Assembly: GCF_030028105.1 (NCBI RefSeq)
Contig: NC_092385.1
Location: forward strand, 77,142,747-77,206,746
Source: Mobula birostris
Lineage: Eukaryota
Reading direction: 5' to 3'
Length of the DNA: 64,000 nucleotides
Shown here: in pieces, positions 25,411-37,369 of the stretch
Position numbering within the stretch: position 1 is the stretch's first letter
Layout of the letters: each line of letters starts with the position of its first letter
Made by a program: the position numbers and the translations under genes
Notes under the pieces: generated by a model
Databases searched by the model: none
What the model was told of the DNA's origin: nothing
Seen by the model: only the letters and a program-made list of their open reading frames with translations

Positions 25411-27014
25411 GTAGTGTAAAAAGGCTAGGTGAAGAATTCTGGATGCTAATGGCTTTGGGTGTGATGGAAGGTAACATTTTATACAGCACAGCTTTGAAGA
25501 ATGGTTGGTTGAGTGTATTTGGGCACTAATTTTTCTGATGAATATTTTATTTTCGGAGAAGTCACCCAAAAGCTGAGCACTTTCGTTAGCATATGAATAG
25601 GTAAGCGGGGGAGGGGGGGTTCCTGGGAAGATATAGAGTAGCTGAATGCAGGAATTTGGAACTAGCTAGTTGGACAGCATGGAGTGATTGAGCTGAAGGA
25701 CCTGTATCCGTGTTGTATTGTTCCATGACTCTAGAGGCTAGAGATTTAAGGTGAGAGTGAAATATTTGATAGGAACTTGAGGGACACTTTTTGAACACAA
25801 AAGGTGAAATCAGCTGCCGGAGGAAGTGAATGAGAATGGGCATTAATGATGGCTTCAATAAAAAAAGGGCTGAGAAAGAATTGAAGTATTACCAGGCCGG
25901 AGATAAGGTCCACCTCTGAGCAGGTAGTCGGGCTCAGAAGTCCCAGCTTGGAGACTAAGAGGACACAGAGGTTATAGCCATCTGCATGAATGAGATGGTG
26001 AGAGCCTATCAATAAACAAAACAACATCCAGTGAGCAGCCGTTCTGTGGGCAAGCATGCCTTGTTAATGTGAGGTCAGAGGAGAATGTTCAGACTGGTTC
26101 AGGCTGACAGGAAGGTGACAGTAACTCAAATAACCACGCATTACAACAGTGGTGTGCAGAGAGCATCTCTGAGCATACAACACGTCGAATCTTGAAGTGG
26201 ATGTAATACAGCCCACGAGCTATATTCAGTGGCCAGTTTATTAGGTAAAGGAGGTACAGTATGTGATAAAGTGGCCACAATGTATGTGTATCTGAAACTG
26301 AAAGTCATTTCTTTACCTTACATAATTATGTAGAATGAAGCAGAACACAGGCAGGGAGAAATGTACAACACTTGATTCCACTTACTTAACCTGTACCAAA
26401 TGAATAAAAAGTGTGAATTCTTATTGTATTTCAGTTTGATATATGGTGTTTTTTAAACTATACTTGGTAAATGATTCTTTTAATGAGAGAAGTTGCGTGA
26501 ATTAGTAGCTGGTGACAAAACAAGTAAATTTTGTGCTTCAGTATTTTCAAAAGTTAAAGCAGACTAATTTGAAAAATCAATTTTTTTTGAGTATTTAGGT
26601 AATTAGGACAAAAGCTTCTACCTGCATTTTTAAGAACAGTTACTCAGAGAACTGTCTACTTGAACTCTATGTTATATTTGGTTTGACACTTGATAGCAAT
26701 AACACAGTGCTCCAGACATAAAAGTACTGCATTTTGTAGTTTCCCAAATTAATCTTTTCCAATTTCCTGAGGAGACTGATCTAGAATCAAAATAATTTTC
26801 TGCTGTAAATAGATACTGAACCTTTAAAGGAAAATAGCTATGAAATGACACTTACTGAAATGTAACTGAACTGGGAAGTGTTCACAAATTTAACGTAGCA
26901 ACAAAAAATACTTTTAAAGATGCAGCCCTTTATCGTTAACATCAGTATTAGGCTGACCTTCTCTAGTGGTTCCCTACTTAACACAAGTTATCTGACTCAC
27001 TTATCCTTTTCCAC

Positions 27015-27830
27015 TGATTTCCCTCCTGGTACTTGTTTCTGCAAACATGACAAGTGCTACACTTGCCCCTACACCTCCTCCCTCACCACCATTCAGAGTT
27101 CTAAACAGTCCTTCCGGGTGAGGTGACACTTCACCTGTGAGTCTGTAGGGATCATCTGTTCTGTCCGGTGCTCCAAGTGCGGCCTCCTCTACGTTGGTGA
27201 GATCCAATGCAGATTGGGATACTATTGTTAAGCACTATTGCTCTGTCCAGTGTAAAACCGTTTACATTTTGACTTCCCGTTCCCATTCTCACGGGTCTTC
27301 TTCCCATGGCCTCCTCTACTGCTATGATGAGACCGAACTCAGTTTGAAGGCTTAGCACCTGATATTCCATCTGAGTAGCCTCCAACAACATCGTCATCAA
27401 ATTCTCTCTTTTCCGATAATTTATCCCCCTTCCTCTTCTTCCATTTCCCATCATGGGTGCCCTACCATACCTTTTCTTCTCCTTCGCGCCCATCACCTCC
27501 TTCTAGTAGCCCTCTTTCTTCCCTTCCTTACATGTTCCACTGTCCTTTGCTATTAGATTCCTTCCTCTTCAGCTCTTTATCTATCCCTTCCCAGCTTCTC
27601 ACTTCATCCCTCTCCTCCACCCATCCACTTTCCCCTTCACCTGTCACCTGCCAGCTTCCACTGCTCCCCCTCCCCTATCTTCTTATTCTGGATTCTACCC
27701 GCTTCCATTCCAGTCCCGATGAAGGCCCTCGGGCAACACATCAATTGTTTGTTCCCTTCCATAGCTGCCTGACCCACTGTGTTCCTTGATCATTTCACAT
27801 GAATGGCTCAAGATCCACAGAATCTCTTGT
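27015..27830 (+). mobile_element. Penelope-like element 3' part (GIY-YIG endonuclease plus terminal repeat)
   Basis: CKHDKCYTCPY...HFTCESVGIICSVRCSKCGLLYVGE, then a pyrimidine-rich spacer and the terminal repeat. Confidence 0.8.
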
Positions 27831-28120
27831 GTGTCTGGCATTCCATTTGCGTTGGCTGTTGTGCTCTTCTGTACAGTGAGAGATGGATGGGAAACAGTGG
27901 TATTTGCACAGAAACTGGAGGGGAGAGTTCAGGTGACACATCCCTCAAACTAAAACTCCTTCATGAGTTTTTAGATGGAATCTTATTTTTTTGAATAAAA
28001 GTATCCTAGATTGCTTGAAAATGCAGATGAAAGAATATTTTACGGAACTAGCTATTTTGCTATTTGACCTTTGACAACTAATTAATTGGAAAGACTTATC
28101 TAAACTTGGATTTGACAATA

Positions 28121-29023
28121 CAGTCGGCCCCCCTGATCCTCAAGGGATAGGTTCTGGGGCCCCTCGCGGATACCAAAAAACGCGGATGCTCAAGTCCCTT
28201 ATTCAACCTGTCTCAATGCGGTGGACCTTAGGACCCAGCGGAAGCCCGGACCTTATTTAACCTGTCTCAGTGCGGTGGGCATTAGGACCCGGCGGCGGAG
28301 CTCTGAATCCGCAGTGTTTCTGTTCACGAAAATAATCACAATCATGATTGAAAATAAAGTGGAAATAATAAAGCAATCAGAAAAAGGTGAAACGCCATCG
28401 GTCATTGGAAAAGCATTAGGCTACAGTCGGTCAACGATAGGAACAATTTTAAAGGATAAAATGAGAAAGGTCCTGCCGGATTAAAGCTACAATTATTACT
28501 AAGCAACGCAGTGGTTTAATTATTGGGTTTTGGGTTTTTGATCCTCTACATCAACCCGGCAGGGATGGATAGTGCTCGGGAGCGGTCTGTCACTGGATCG
28601 AACTCAGGAACTTTCGTTCCCAAGCCTGGCGCTGAAACATCTGTTCCTTAAGTGTTTTATATGCATAGGAAGGTAAAATATATACTATATACTACGACAA
28701 ACATTTGACTAACTGACAGTAAATAATATCGGATGTACCTGTTCCGACTTACTTAGTAAGAGAACTTCCGGTATATTATTNNNNNNNNNNNNNNNNNNNN
28801 NNNNNNNNNNNNNNNNNNNNNNNNNNNNNNNNNNNNNNNNNNNNNNNNNNNNNNNNNNNNNNNNNNNNNNNNNNNNNNNNNNNNNNNNNNNNNNNNNNNN
28901 NNNNNNNNNNNNNNNNNNNNNNNNNNNCGAACAGCAAGTGCTGGAAGAGCACGTCCGGGTTTTCTCGATTCGCGGTTGGTTGAATTCGCGCTTGTGGAAC
29001 TCACGAATAAGGAGGGCCGACTG
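28121..29023 (+). mobile_element. Tigger/pogo element, internally deleted (spans the assembly gap)
   Basis: TA|cagtcggccc ... gggccgactg|TA; CENP-B-type HTH KVEIIKQSEKGETPSVIGKALGYSRSTIGTILKDK. Confidence 0.8.
28781..28927. other. Assembly gap (147 N)
   Basis: Run of n. Confidence 1.
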
Positions 29024-29452
29024 TACTAGAGAATTTGCTAATTGATAAATTTGGTGACACACAACAGAAGTCTGAACTTTAGAACCAACGCCTAGAAAGA
29101 CTTTATTCTTTCATCTTGTGATAGTTAGATGGATGCTTCTATTTGAACCCTATTGTGAAGGTGCTGCGTGGGGAACAGGCAGGTAGTTTAGCAGTTCTGG
29201 AGATGGGTAACAGCTTGAGAGATGTTGCAGAATCTGTCAAGCCCATATCCATCTGTGACAACCACCATATTCATGCCCACACCCCTCAAATAATCCTCTG
29301 CTGGTACTGATGGAAGTGATAATCTGAGAGTGAATTTTGAGGCCTCAGATCAGAATAACCTTTATTATCAATAACATATGTAATGAAATTTGTTGTTTTA
29401 TGGCAGCAGTACAGTACATAAACCATACTATAAATTGCAATAAGCATATATA

Positions 29453-30235
29453 CAGTGGATTCCAGTTAATAGGCCAATCAGATAATAGGGACAGCCGCTT
29501 GTTTGGGACAACTCTTAAAGAACAACTAATCGAGAAAATAGCCAGGACTCCTTTTGTTTATTTGGAAAACTATGCTACATAATTGGGACAGGAGATGAAC
29601 TAGCATCAGTCACGTGCACTTGTGTGGCTGTTAGACACCACAGTGTGCTTAGAATGAACAGTTTTTAAATAGCAGCAGTTGTGTGTGTTTGACACTGACA
29701 GTTGGTGAGAAATAAGCAATAAGACAACTCAGAACTGTTTTAGTCACTGTGATTTCAAGCATTTAGGCTTGGAGATGCCGGAAACTGCCAGGAGTGAAAA
29801 TGAAACGGTTTCCCTACTTCCTCAAGTTAGAAACTATGATGAATTTGAAGATATCAGCAATCATTGTGAGTGTTACAATGAAAATGAAGATTTGGAAGAT
29901 GCATTGTATGAAGGCAGTTCACTATCTGCACTAGGTGTCTGCACTAATTTTGTACATTTACAGTCTATGAAATGTACACAGCAGTTTCCCTTATCAATTA
30001 ATTCCCCCATTGATAAATATTAGGGACTAATGCACAGTTTTATAATAATGTAGTAGTGTTGGTAATGTTATAATTTTTTTCTGTATTTCATTTACATATA
30101 TAATTTTTAACTCAGTTTAACAACAGTTTATCTTTTTTTTATACCTTTTTAACTATTTCCATGAAACTTCAGCAAATTGGGGATTTGGACCAAAATGTAC
30201 TGGTCCTGATGTGTCCAATCAACCAGAATCCACTC
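29453..30235 (+). mobile_element. pogo/Tigger-like non-autonomous element, copy 3
   Basis: TA|cagtggattccagttaat ... accagaatccactc|TA. Confidence 0.75.
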
Positions 30236-30426
30236 TATACCATTTATATAAGCAGTGCGAAGAGAGAGCAAAATTAGTGAGGCAGTGTCCGTGGCTTCAT
30301 TTTCCGTTCAGAGGTCTGACAGTGAAAGGAAAGAAGCTGTTTCTATAGCGTTGAGTGTGTGTCTTCTCAACATTTGATCCTCTTTCTCATGATAATAACC
30401 AACTCTGTATCTTTCTTTAAATCCAG

Positions 30427-30619
30427 ACTAGCCAAAGAGGAGTTAAAAAAACAGGAGTTACGACAACGAGTGAGGATAGCAGACAACGAAGTCATGGATG
30501 CCTTCCGGAAGATCATGGCAGCACGCCAAAAGAAACGAACGCCAACAAAAAAAGAGAAAGATCAGGCATGGAAAGCACTGAAGGAAAGAGAGAGCATCTT
30601 AAAACTGTTGGACAGTTAA
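30427..30619 (+). CDS. TADA3: TADA3 last coding exon
   Basis: LAKEELKKQELRQRVRIADNEVMDAFRKIMAARQKKRTPTKKEKDQAWKALKERESILKLLDS*; the spliced CDS is 1293 nt and in frame. Confidence 0.97.
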
Positions 30620-30997
30620 AGGCAACTTTGCCAACACACTGTTAATACAAAATATTTGGGGAAGCTTTTGTCGTTTCTGAGTTGTCTGGACTTGAACTGA
30701 CAAAAAAGCTGATTTAGATTTCCCTGTTCTGAACTGGTAACATTCCATTGCAGCAGGCTGTCTCTGTTGCAGCTTGCTTGTCTTGTATGTCGAAGGTGGA
30801 TATCTATTATATAGAAATCTGAATGTTGTGCTTTGCTAGTTTGAATCTGTACTGTATGTAAGAGTGAAGTTTCTGCTGCGTGTTCTGATCAGAGTGTAGT
30901 ATTTATAGGTGATTGTACTATTGATAGTCCAAATGTGATGTTAACAACTGACACTTTATAACTTTTGAGAAAGATTGTCTTCACTCACCCCCGCTCC

Positions 30998-31003
30998 AAT
31001 AAA
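30998..31003 (+). terminator. Probable TADA3 polyadenylation signal
   Basis: First AATAAA seen after the stop, about 380 nt downstream. Confidence 0.6.
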
Positions 31004-31164
31004 ATTTTATGGAAATAATATATGGAGGTGATCTCTATGACACAAAATATATTAATTATTCTTTAAACCATGTTTATTCTATTTCCACGCCCTCCCCATG
31101 AGTTAATGTACTGTGGTCCCTTGTATTAATTCCAAATCTTCCTGCATTTCCTCTCAACCATTTA

Positions 31165-31557
31165 GAAATATAGAACATAGAAAATCTACAGCACAATACA
31201 GGCCCTTCGGCCCACAATGCTGTGCTGAACATGTACTTACTTTAGAAATTATCTTCGGTTACCCATAGCCCTCTATTTTTCTAAGCTCCATGTACCTGTC
31301 CAGGAGTCTCTTAAAAGACCCTATTGTATCCGCCTCCACCACCGTCGCCAGCAGCCCATTCCACACACTCACCACTCTCTGAGTGAAAAACTTACCCCTG
31401 ACATCTCCTTTGCACCTGCTTCCAAGCACCTTAAACCTGTGTCCTCTTGTGCAAGCCATTTCAGCCCTGGGAAAAAGCCTCTGACTATCCGTATGATCAA
31501 TGCCTCTCATCATCTTATACACCTCTACCAGGTCACCTCTCATCCTCCGTCGCTCCA
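31165..31557 (-). mobile_element. CR1 3' fragment
   Basis: ERRRMRGDLVEVYKMMRG...TRGH...FFTQRVVSVWNGL. Confidence 0.85.
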
Positions 31558-32239
31558 TTTATTGCTTGAGATTTATTCATCCATTTATTATCAAGATACT
31601 ATAAATTTCTAATATCAAACCATGGGGTGGGGGCACATAAGGGCAGATGGTGGTAGAAAAAGTACATTTCACAGAAAGGGAGTCACATAAGGTTTAAGCA
31701 ACAGTAGGTACTGTTCCTTTGACCCATCCCAGGGTAGCGCCGTCACTGAAGTTCTTGGTATTCGGGTTTTTAGGCCTTTAGCTGCATGTGGTCTCAATGA
31801 TCCTTGATTCTCATGTTGGCTGTTAGCAGCGAGAAGAGAAATTACTCAAGAAGTTGGTTCCATCTTTGGCTGGTGGTAAAGCAAACTGTTCCTACATCTC
31901 TTCTGTGGGTTTCACCTGCCTTCCTGAATTATCTTCTGAGACAGTTGCTATTGTTCTTACATTTTCTTTCTGCATCTGATTGAATGGGCTGACCAACTTT
32001 GCACTGGAGGAATCTGATCCTTTCATAGTTGATCTTAACCAGCTCAGTTTACAGCTGAGAAATAAATCGTTTGTGAACAGGTAGGTTTAGCCGAGTTGGC
32101 CCTTTCTCCACCTTCCTCAGGGTTAACCTGAAACCTTGATGTATTGTAGAGGTGCTGCTGATATTTGAATCCATATCGAGGAAGAACAAGTGTGGCAGAA
32201 TTGTGGGTGTGTGTTGTGGAAACCAGTTTTGTGAAGTAC

Positions 32240-35200
32240 TATGTATGTTACCATTGTATAAAATGAACTGAAGAATCACACTGCCAAGCTTGCTATTTTT
32301 TTTAAGCAGGAGCTTCGCTGTAATCGGTAATCTAAGTTCTGTTCTGCAACACAAACACTCTGATCACTTGTCTGTCAGACTTGTACTCTTGCAATGGCTA
32401 TACTGTACTACTTCACTGATCTGAATTCTGAAAGCAACCAGCAGTCATTAAAATCCCAACACAGATGTCTTCTTACTAAGTTATTGGATCATATTTGAAG
32501 CAACAACAGTTATTATCATTGGTAATGTCAAATACTCAGTAGTGTACTTGCCATTAGCAAACTGTAATGAACTTTCAATAAATATTAACTAATATCTGTT
32601 CTCAGTGTGAAATATGTGTTAAGTAGGCAACCTACACGTACAAAATGCTGGAGGAACTCAGCGGGCCAGGCAGCAGCTATGGAAAGGGGCCGAGATCGGT
32701 CACCAGTCCTGATAATACATTGATTAAAGATGCAGTGTGTCTGCGTCAGCTAAGGTCTGGTGTTGGGTTCACAGCAAGCTAATGATTATACATTACAGTT
32801 AATTTACTCAGCAAACAGGCAATTTAAAGAATTATGACTGTAATATTCCCAATAAAAGCAGTGTAATGCTGCCACTGCAGAACGCTTAAAGTTACTTTCA
32901 ACACTCGCAGCATTTTAAATGCCAGATTTGATCAACAGAGGTATTAATCAATCATATCCGCTCCAGGAATGGTGCCCTCGCTACTAGAAGCTTTCACAAT
33001 GTAGAGTGCCTGCTGCTTCTTTTAATACGGCACCAGAGATTCAAGCAATTATGAGACTCACAATTGATACCAATCACTACATTGAGGATGGTCTCACCAG
33101 CTGTTTTTACTTGTTAAATTTCAAAAACGCAGAAACAGCTGAGCCATAGCTTAGTAATATTTTACTGGCATACGAGGCTTGACAACCAGCCTCACCTGGT
33201 TTAGCCCGCCTGTCAAAGCAGAGCACCGGGGTATGGCCGCTGTCTAATGTAAACAGCCACAGGTGGAGGCTGGATGCCCTGTGGGGGCCAAAGAGGAGCG
33301 AGCTATCCGCCTCCCCGATACCCTGGGGAGACAAGAACATGCCTGTCCGAGCATGCGAAGTCAGCCGGACGGATAAGTTCTACTGTGACATCCAGTGCCA
33401 TCAATGGCTTTACCACCTCACAAACTCTCCCGCATAGGTGTCCTGTCACCGTCGGACAACCACCACCACCGCCAGCTTTACCGTAGGTTATTCCTAGAAG
33501 GTAAAGCGAGTAACACCTAAAAATGCCAGAAATACTCAGGTAAAAGAATAACTATAGAGAGAGAAACAGTTAAAAGAACATTTCTGGTTGGTGAGCTTTA
33601 TGAGAACTTACAAAGGGTTGATTATGTAAATTTCCCACAACCACACTTGCCAATACACTATAAGCAGCTCCCCAACTCAACAGGAACACATCATCTTCTT
33701 TATTTGCTTCCGTTGTCATTCCAGCATTTCAACATTTTGTGGGTCAGGCCAGTCAATTGGAGTGCTGAGGCTTTTCAACATAATTGTATAAGGGCTAAGA
33801 GAGTTGTAAAAGAGCGCCTGAAGGCTTTGTGCGTCAATGCAAGGAGCATTCGTAATAAGGTGGATGAATTAAAATTGCAGATTGTTATTAATGATTATGA
33901 TATAGTTGGGATCACAGAGACATGGCTCCAGGGTGACCAAGGATGGGAGCTCAACGTTCAGGGATATTCAATATTCAGGAGGGATAGACATGAAGGGAGG
34001 GGAGGTGGGGTGGCGTTGCTGGTTAAAGAAGAGACTAACACAATAGAAAGGAAGGACATAAGCCGGGAAGATGTGGAATCGATATGAGTAGAGCTGCGTA
34101 ACACTAAGGGGCAGAAGACGCTGGTGGGAGTTGTGTACAGGCCACCTAACAGTAGTAGTGAGGTCGGAAATGGTATTAAACAGGAAATTAGAAATGTGTG
34201 CAATAAAGGAACAGCAGTTATAATGGGTGACTTCAATCTACATGTAGATTGGGTGACCCAAATTGGTAAAGGTGCTGAGGAAGAGGATTTCTTGGAATGT
34301 ATGCGGGATGGTTTTTTGAACCAAAATGTCGAGGAACCAACTAGAGAGCAGGCTATTCTGGACTGGGTTTTGAGCAATGAGGAAGGGTTAATTAGCAATC
34401 TTGTCGTGAGAGGCCCCTTGGGTAAGAGTGACCATAATATGGTGGAATTCTTCATTAAGATGGAGAGTGACATAGTTAACTCAGAAGCAAAGATTCTGAA
34501 CTTAAAGAGGGGTAACTTTGAAGGTATGAGACGTGAATTAGCTAAGATAGACTGGCAAATGACACTTAAAGGATTGACGGTGGATATGCAATGGCAAGCA
34601 TTTAAAGGTTGCATGGATGAACTACAACAAATGTTCATCCCAGTTTGGCAAAAGAATAAATCAAGGAAGGTAGTGCACCCGTGGCTGACAAGAGAAATTA
34701 GGGATAGTATCAATTCCAAAGAAGCAGCATACAAATTAGCCAGAGAAAGTGGCTCACCTGAGGACTGGGAGAAATTCAGAGTTCAGCAGAGGAGGACAAA
34801 GGGCTTAATTAGGAAGGGGAAAAAAAATTATGAGAGAAAACTGGCAGGGAACATAAAAACTGACTGTAAAAGCTTTTATAGGTTTGTAAAAAGGAAAAGA
34901 CTGGTAAAGACAAATGTAGGTCCCCTACAGACAGAAACAGGTGAATTGATTATGGGGAGCAAGGACATGGCAGACCAATTGAATAATTACTTTGGTTCTG
35001 TCTTCACTAAGGAGGACATAAATAATCTTCCAGAAATAGTAGGGGACAGAGGGTCCAGTGAGATGGAGGAACTGAGAGAAATACATGTTAGTAGGGAAGT
35101 GGTGTTAGGTAAATTGAAGGGATTGAAGGCAGATAAATCCCCAGGGCCAGATGGTCTGCATCCTAGAGTGCTTAAGGAAGTAGCCCAAGAAATAGTGGAT

Positions 35201-36930
35201 GCATTAGTGATAATTTTTCAAAACTCGTTAGATTCTGGACTAGTTCCTGAGGATTGGAGGGTGGCTAATGTAACCCCACTTTTTAAAAAAGGAGGGAGAG
35301 AGAAACCGGGGAATTATAGACCGGTTAGCCTAACGTCGGTGGTGGGGAAACTGCTGGAGTCAGTTATCAAAGATGTGATAACAGCACATTTGGAAAGCGG
35401 TGAAATGATCGGACAAAGTCAGCATGGATTTGTGAAGGGAAAATCATGTCTGATGAATCTCATTGAATTTTTTGAGGATGTAACTAGTAGAGTGGATAGG
35501 GGAGAACCAGTGGATGTGGTATATTTGGATTTTCAAAAGGCTTTTGACAAGGTCCCACACAGGAGATTAGTGTGCAAACTTAAAGCACATGGTATTGGGG
35601 GTAAGGTATTGATGCGGATGGAGAATTGGTTAGCAGACAGGAAGCAAAGAGTGGGAATAAACGGGACCTTTTCAGAATGGCAGGCGGTGACTAGTGGGGT
35701 ACCGCAAGGCTCAGTGCTGGGACCCCAGTTGTTTACAAAATATATTAATGACTTGGATGAGGGAATTAAATGCAGCATCTCCAAGTTTGCGGATGACACG
35801 AAGCTGGGTGGCAGTGCTAGCTGTGAGGAGGATGCTAAGAGGATGCAGGGTGACTTGGATAGGTTGGGTGAGTGGGCAAATTCATGGCAGATGCAATTTA
35901 ATGTGGATAAATGTGAAGTTATCCACTTTGGTAGCAAAAATAGGAAAACAGATTATTATCTGAATGGTGGCCGATTAGGAAAAGGGGAGGTGCAACGAGA
36001 CCTGGGTGTCATTATACACCAGTCATTGAAAGTGGGCATGCAGGTACAGCAGGCGGTGAAAAAGGCGAATGGTATGCTGGCATTTATAGCGAGAGGATTT
36101 GAGTACGGGAGCAGGGAGGTACTACTGCAGTTGTACAAGGCCTTGGTGAGACCACACCTGGAGTATTGTGTGCAGTTTTGGTCCCCTAATCTGAGGAAAG
36201 ACATCCTTGCCATAGAGGGAGTACAAAGAAGGTTCACCAGATTGATTCCTGGGATGGCAGGACTTTCATATGAAGAAAGACTGGATGAACTGGGCTTGTA
36301 CTCGTTGGAATTTAGAAGATTGAGGGGGGATCTGATTGAAACGTATAAAATCCTAAAGGGATTGTACAGGCTAGATGCAGGAAGATTGTTCCCGATGTTG
36401 GGGAAGTCCAGAACAAGGGGTCACAGTTTGAGGATAAAGGGGAAGCCTTTTAGGACCGAGATTAGGAAAAACTTCTTCACTCAGAGAGTGGTGAATCTGT
36501 GGAATTCTCTGCCACAGGAAACAGTTGAGGCCAGTACATTGGCTATATTTAAGAGGGAGTTAGATATGGCCCTTGTGGCTACAGGGATCAGGGGGTATGG
36601 AGGGAAGACTGGGGCGGGGTTCTGAGTTGGATGATCAGCCATGATCATAATAAATGGCGGTGCAGGCTCGAAGGGCCGAATGGCCTACTCCTGCACCTAT
36701 TTTCTATGTTTCTATGTTTCTATGTCCAACACAACTGAGAGGAGCAGCGTCTCATCTTCTGTCTGCTCACATCTCGTCGAATTCAACTATTTCAGATAAC
36801 CGCTCTTCAGTTTGCATCAGAACAGGCCAGCTCTGCTGTAAGAGCAGTGTATGCTCGGTCGCTCACAGTTCAAAACCATATATGTCTCAAATATGTCATC
36901 TGTCTCTTTGAGTCTTCACTACCATTCATC
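32240..36930 (-). pseudogene. Possible decayed ankyrin-repeat/SOCS-box (ASB-like) pseudogene, fragmented by TE insertions
   Basis: Stop/frameshift-ridden minus-strand pieces: TEDETLLLSVV, VELGAAY, LLSYGSAVSA, GETILNVVI, ILMTAGC, PLQEYKSDRQVIR, ILQFILY. Confidence 0.35.
33780..36724 (+). mobile_element. CR1 LINE with essentially complete ORF2 (APE + RT) and one nonsense codon
   Basis: NARSIRNK, GITETW, GDFN, SDH, DFQKAFD, GVPQGSVLGP, KFADD; TGA at 34085-34087 in place of W; (ttctatgt)n tail. Confidence 0.95.
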
Positions 36931-37369
36931 TAGATTGTGGCTATTCTTCTACCTAGGCTTAATTTTCCAGGCCTACCCATTTATCCCTTAATATCCAGAA
37001 GGTTTTTGGTTGTTGTTTGAATGAACTCATTGATTAAGCATTCATAACCCTCCAGGGGAGAATAATTATAAGGATTCTCAACTCTCTGAGTGAAGACATT
37101 CCCCTTTATCTCAGTCCTAAAACAAAGCTAGAAACTATGGAAAATACTCAGCAGGTTGGTTAGTATCTATGGAAAGAGATAGAGATAATGGCACAAGTCA
37201 ATAGTTTTAATCAAAATTAGGAACTGTTAGAAGTGGAACCATTTTGAGGTTGCATGGTATGGTAGGCTAAAGTAGATGACAGAGACTTGTGAATAGCAGA
37301 AGACAAATCTATGAATTCTGACACAAAAAAAAACTAAATAATGATAGAGATCTAGAAAATTATAATGCT

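Noticed and set aside
28709-29062. ORFs containing X runs
   Set aside because: Artefacts of the N gap.
31700-32230. Additional minus-strand coding exon
   Set aside because: Short open stretches with no recognisable motif; cannot be supported.
34085-34087. TGA as selenocysteine or programmed readthrough
   Set aside because: It sits at a conserved Trp (ESIWVEL) of CR1 ORF2, so a simple TGG>TGA mutation explains it.
34124-36625. 833-aa ORF as a host or domesticated gene
   Set aside because: Ordinary CR1 ORF2 with its tail and sibling copies in the window.
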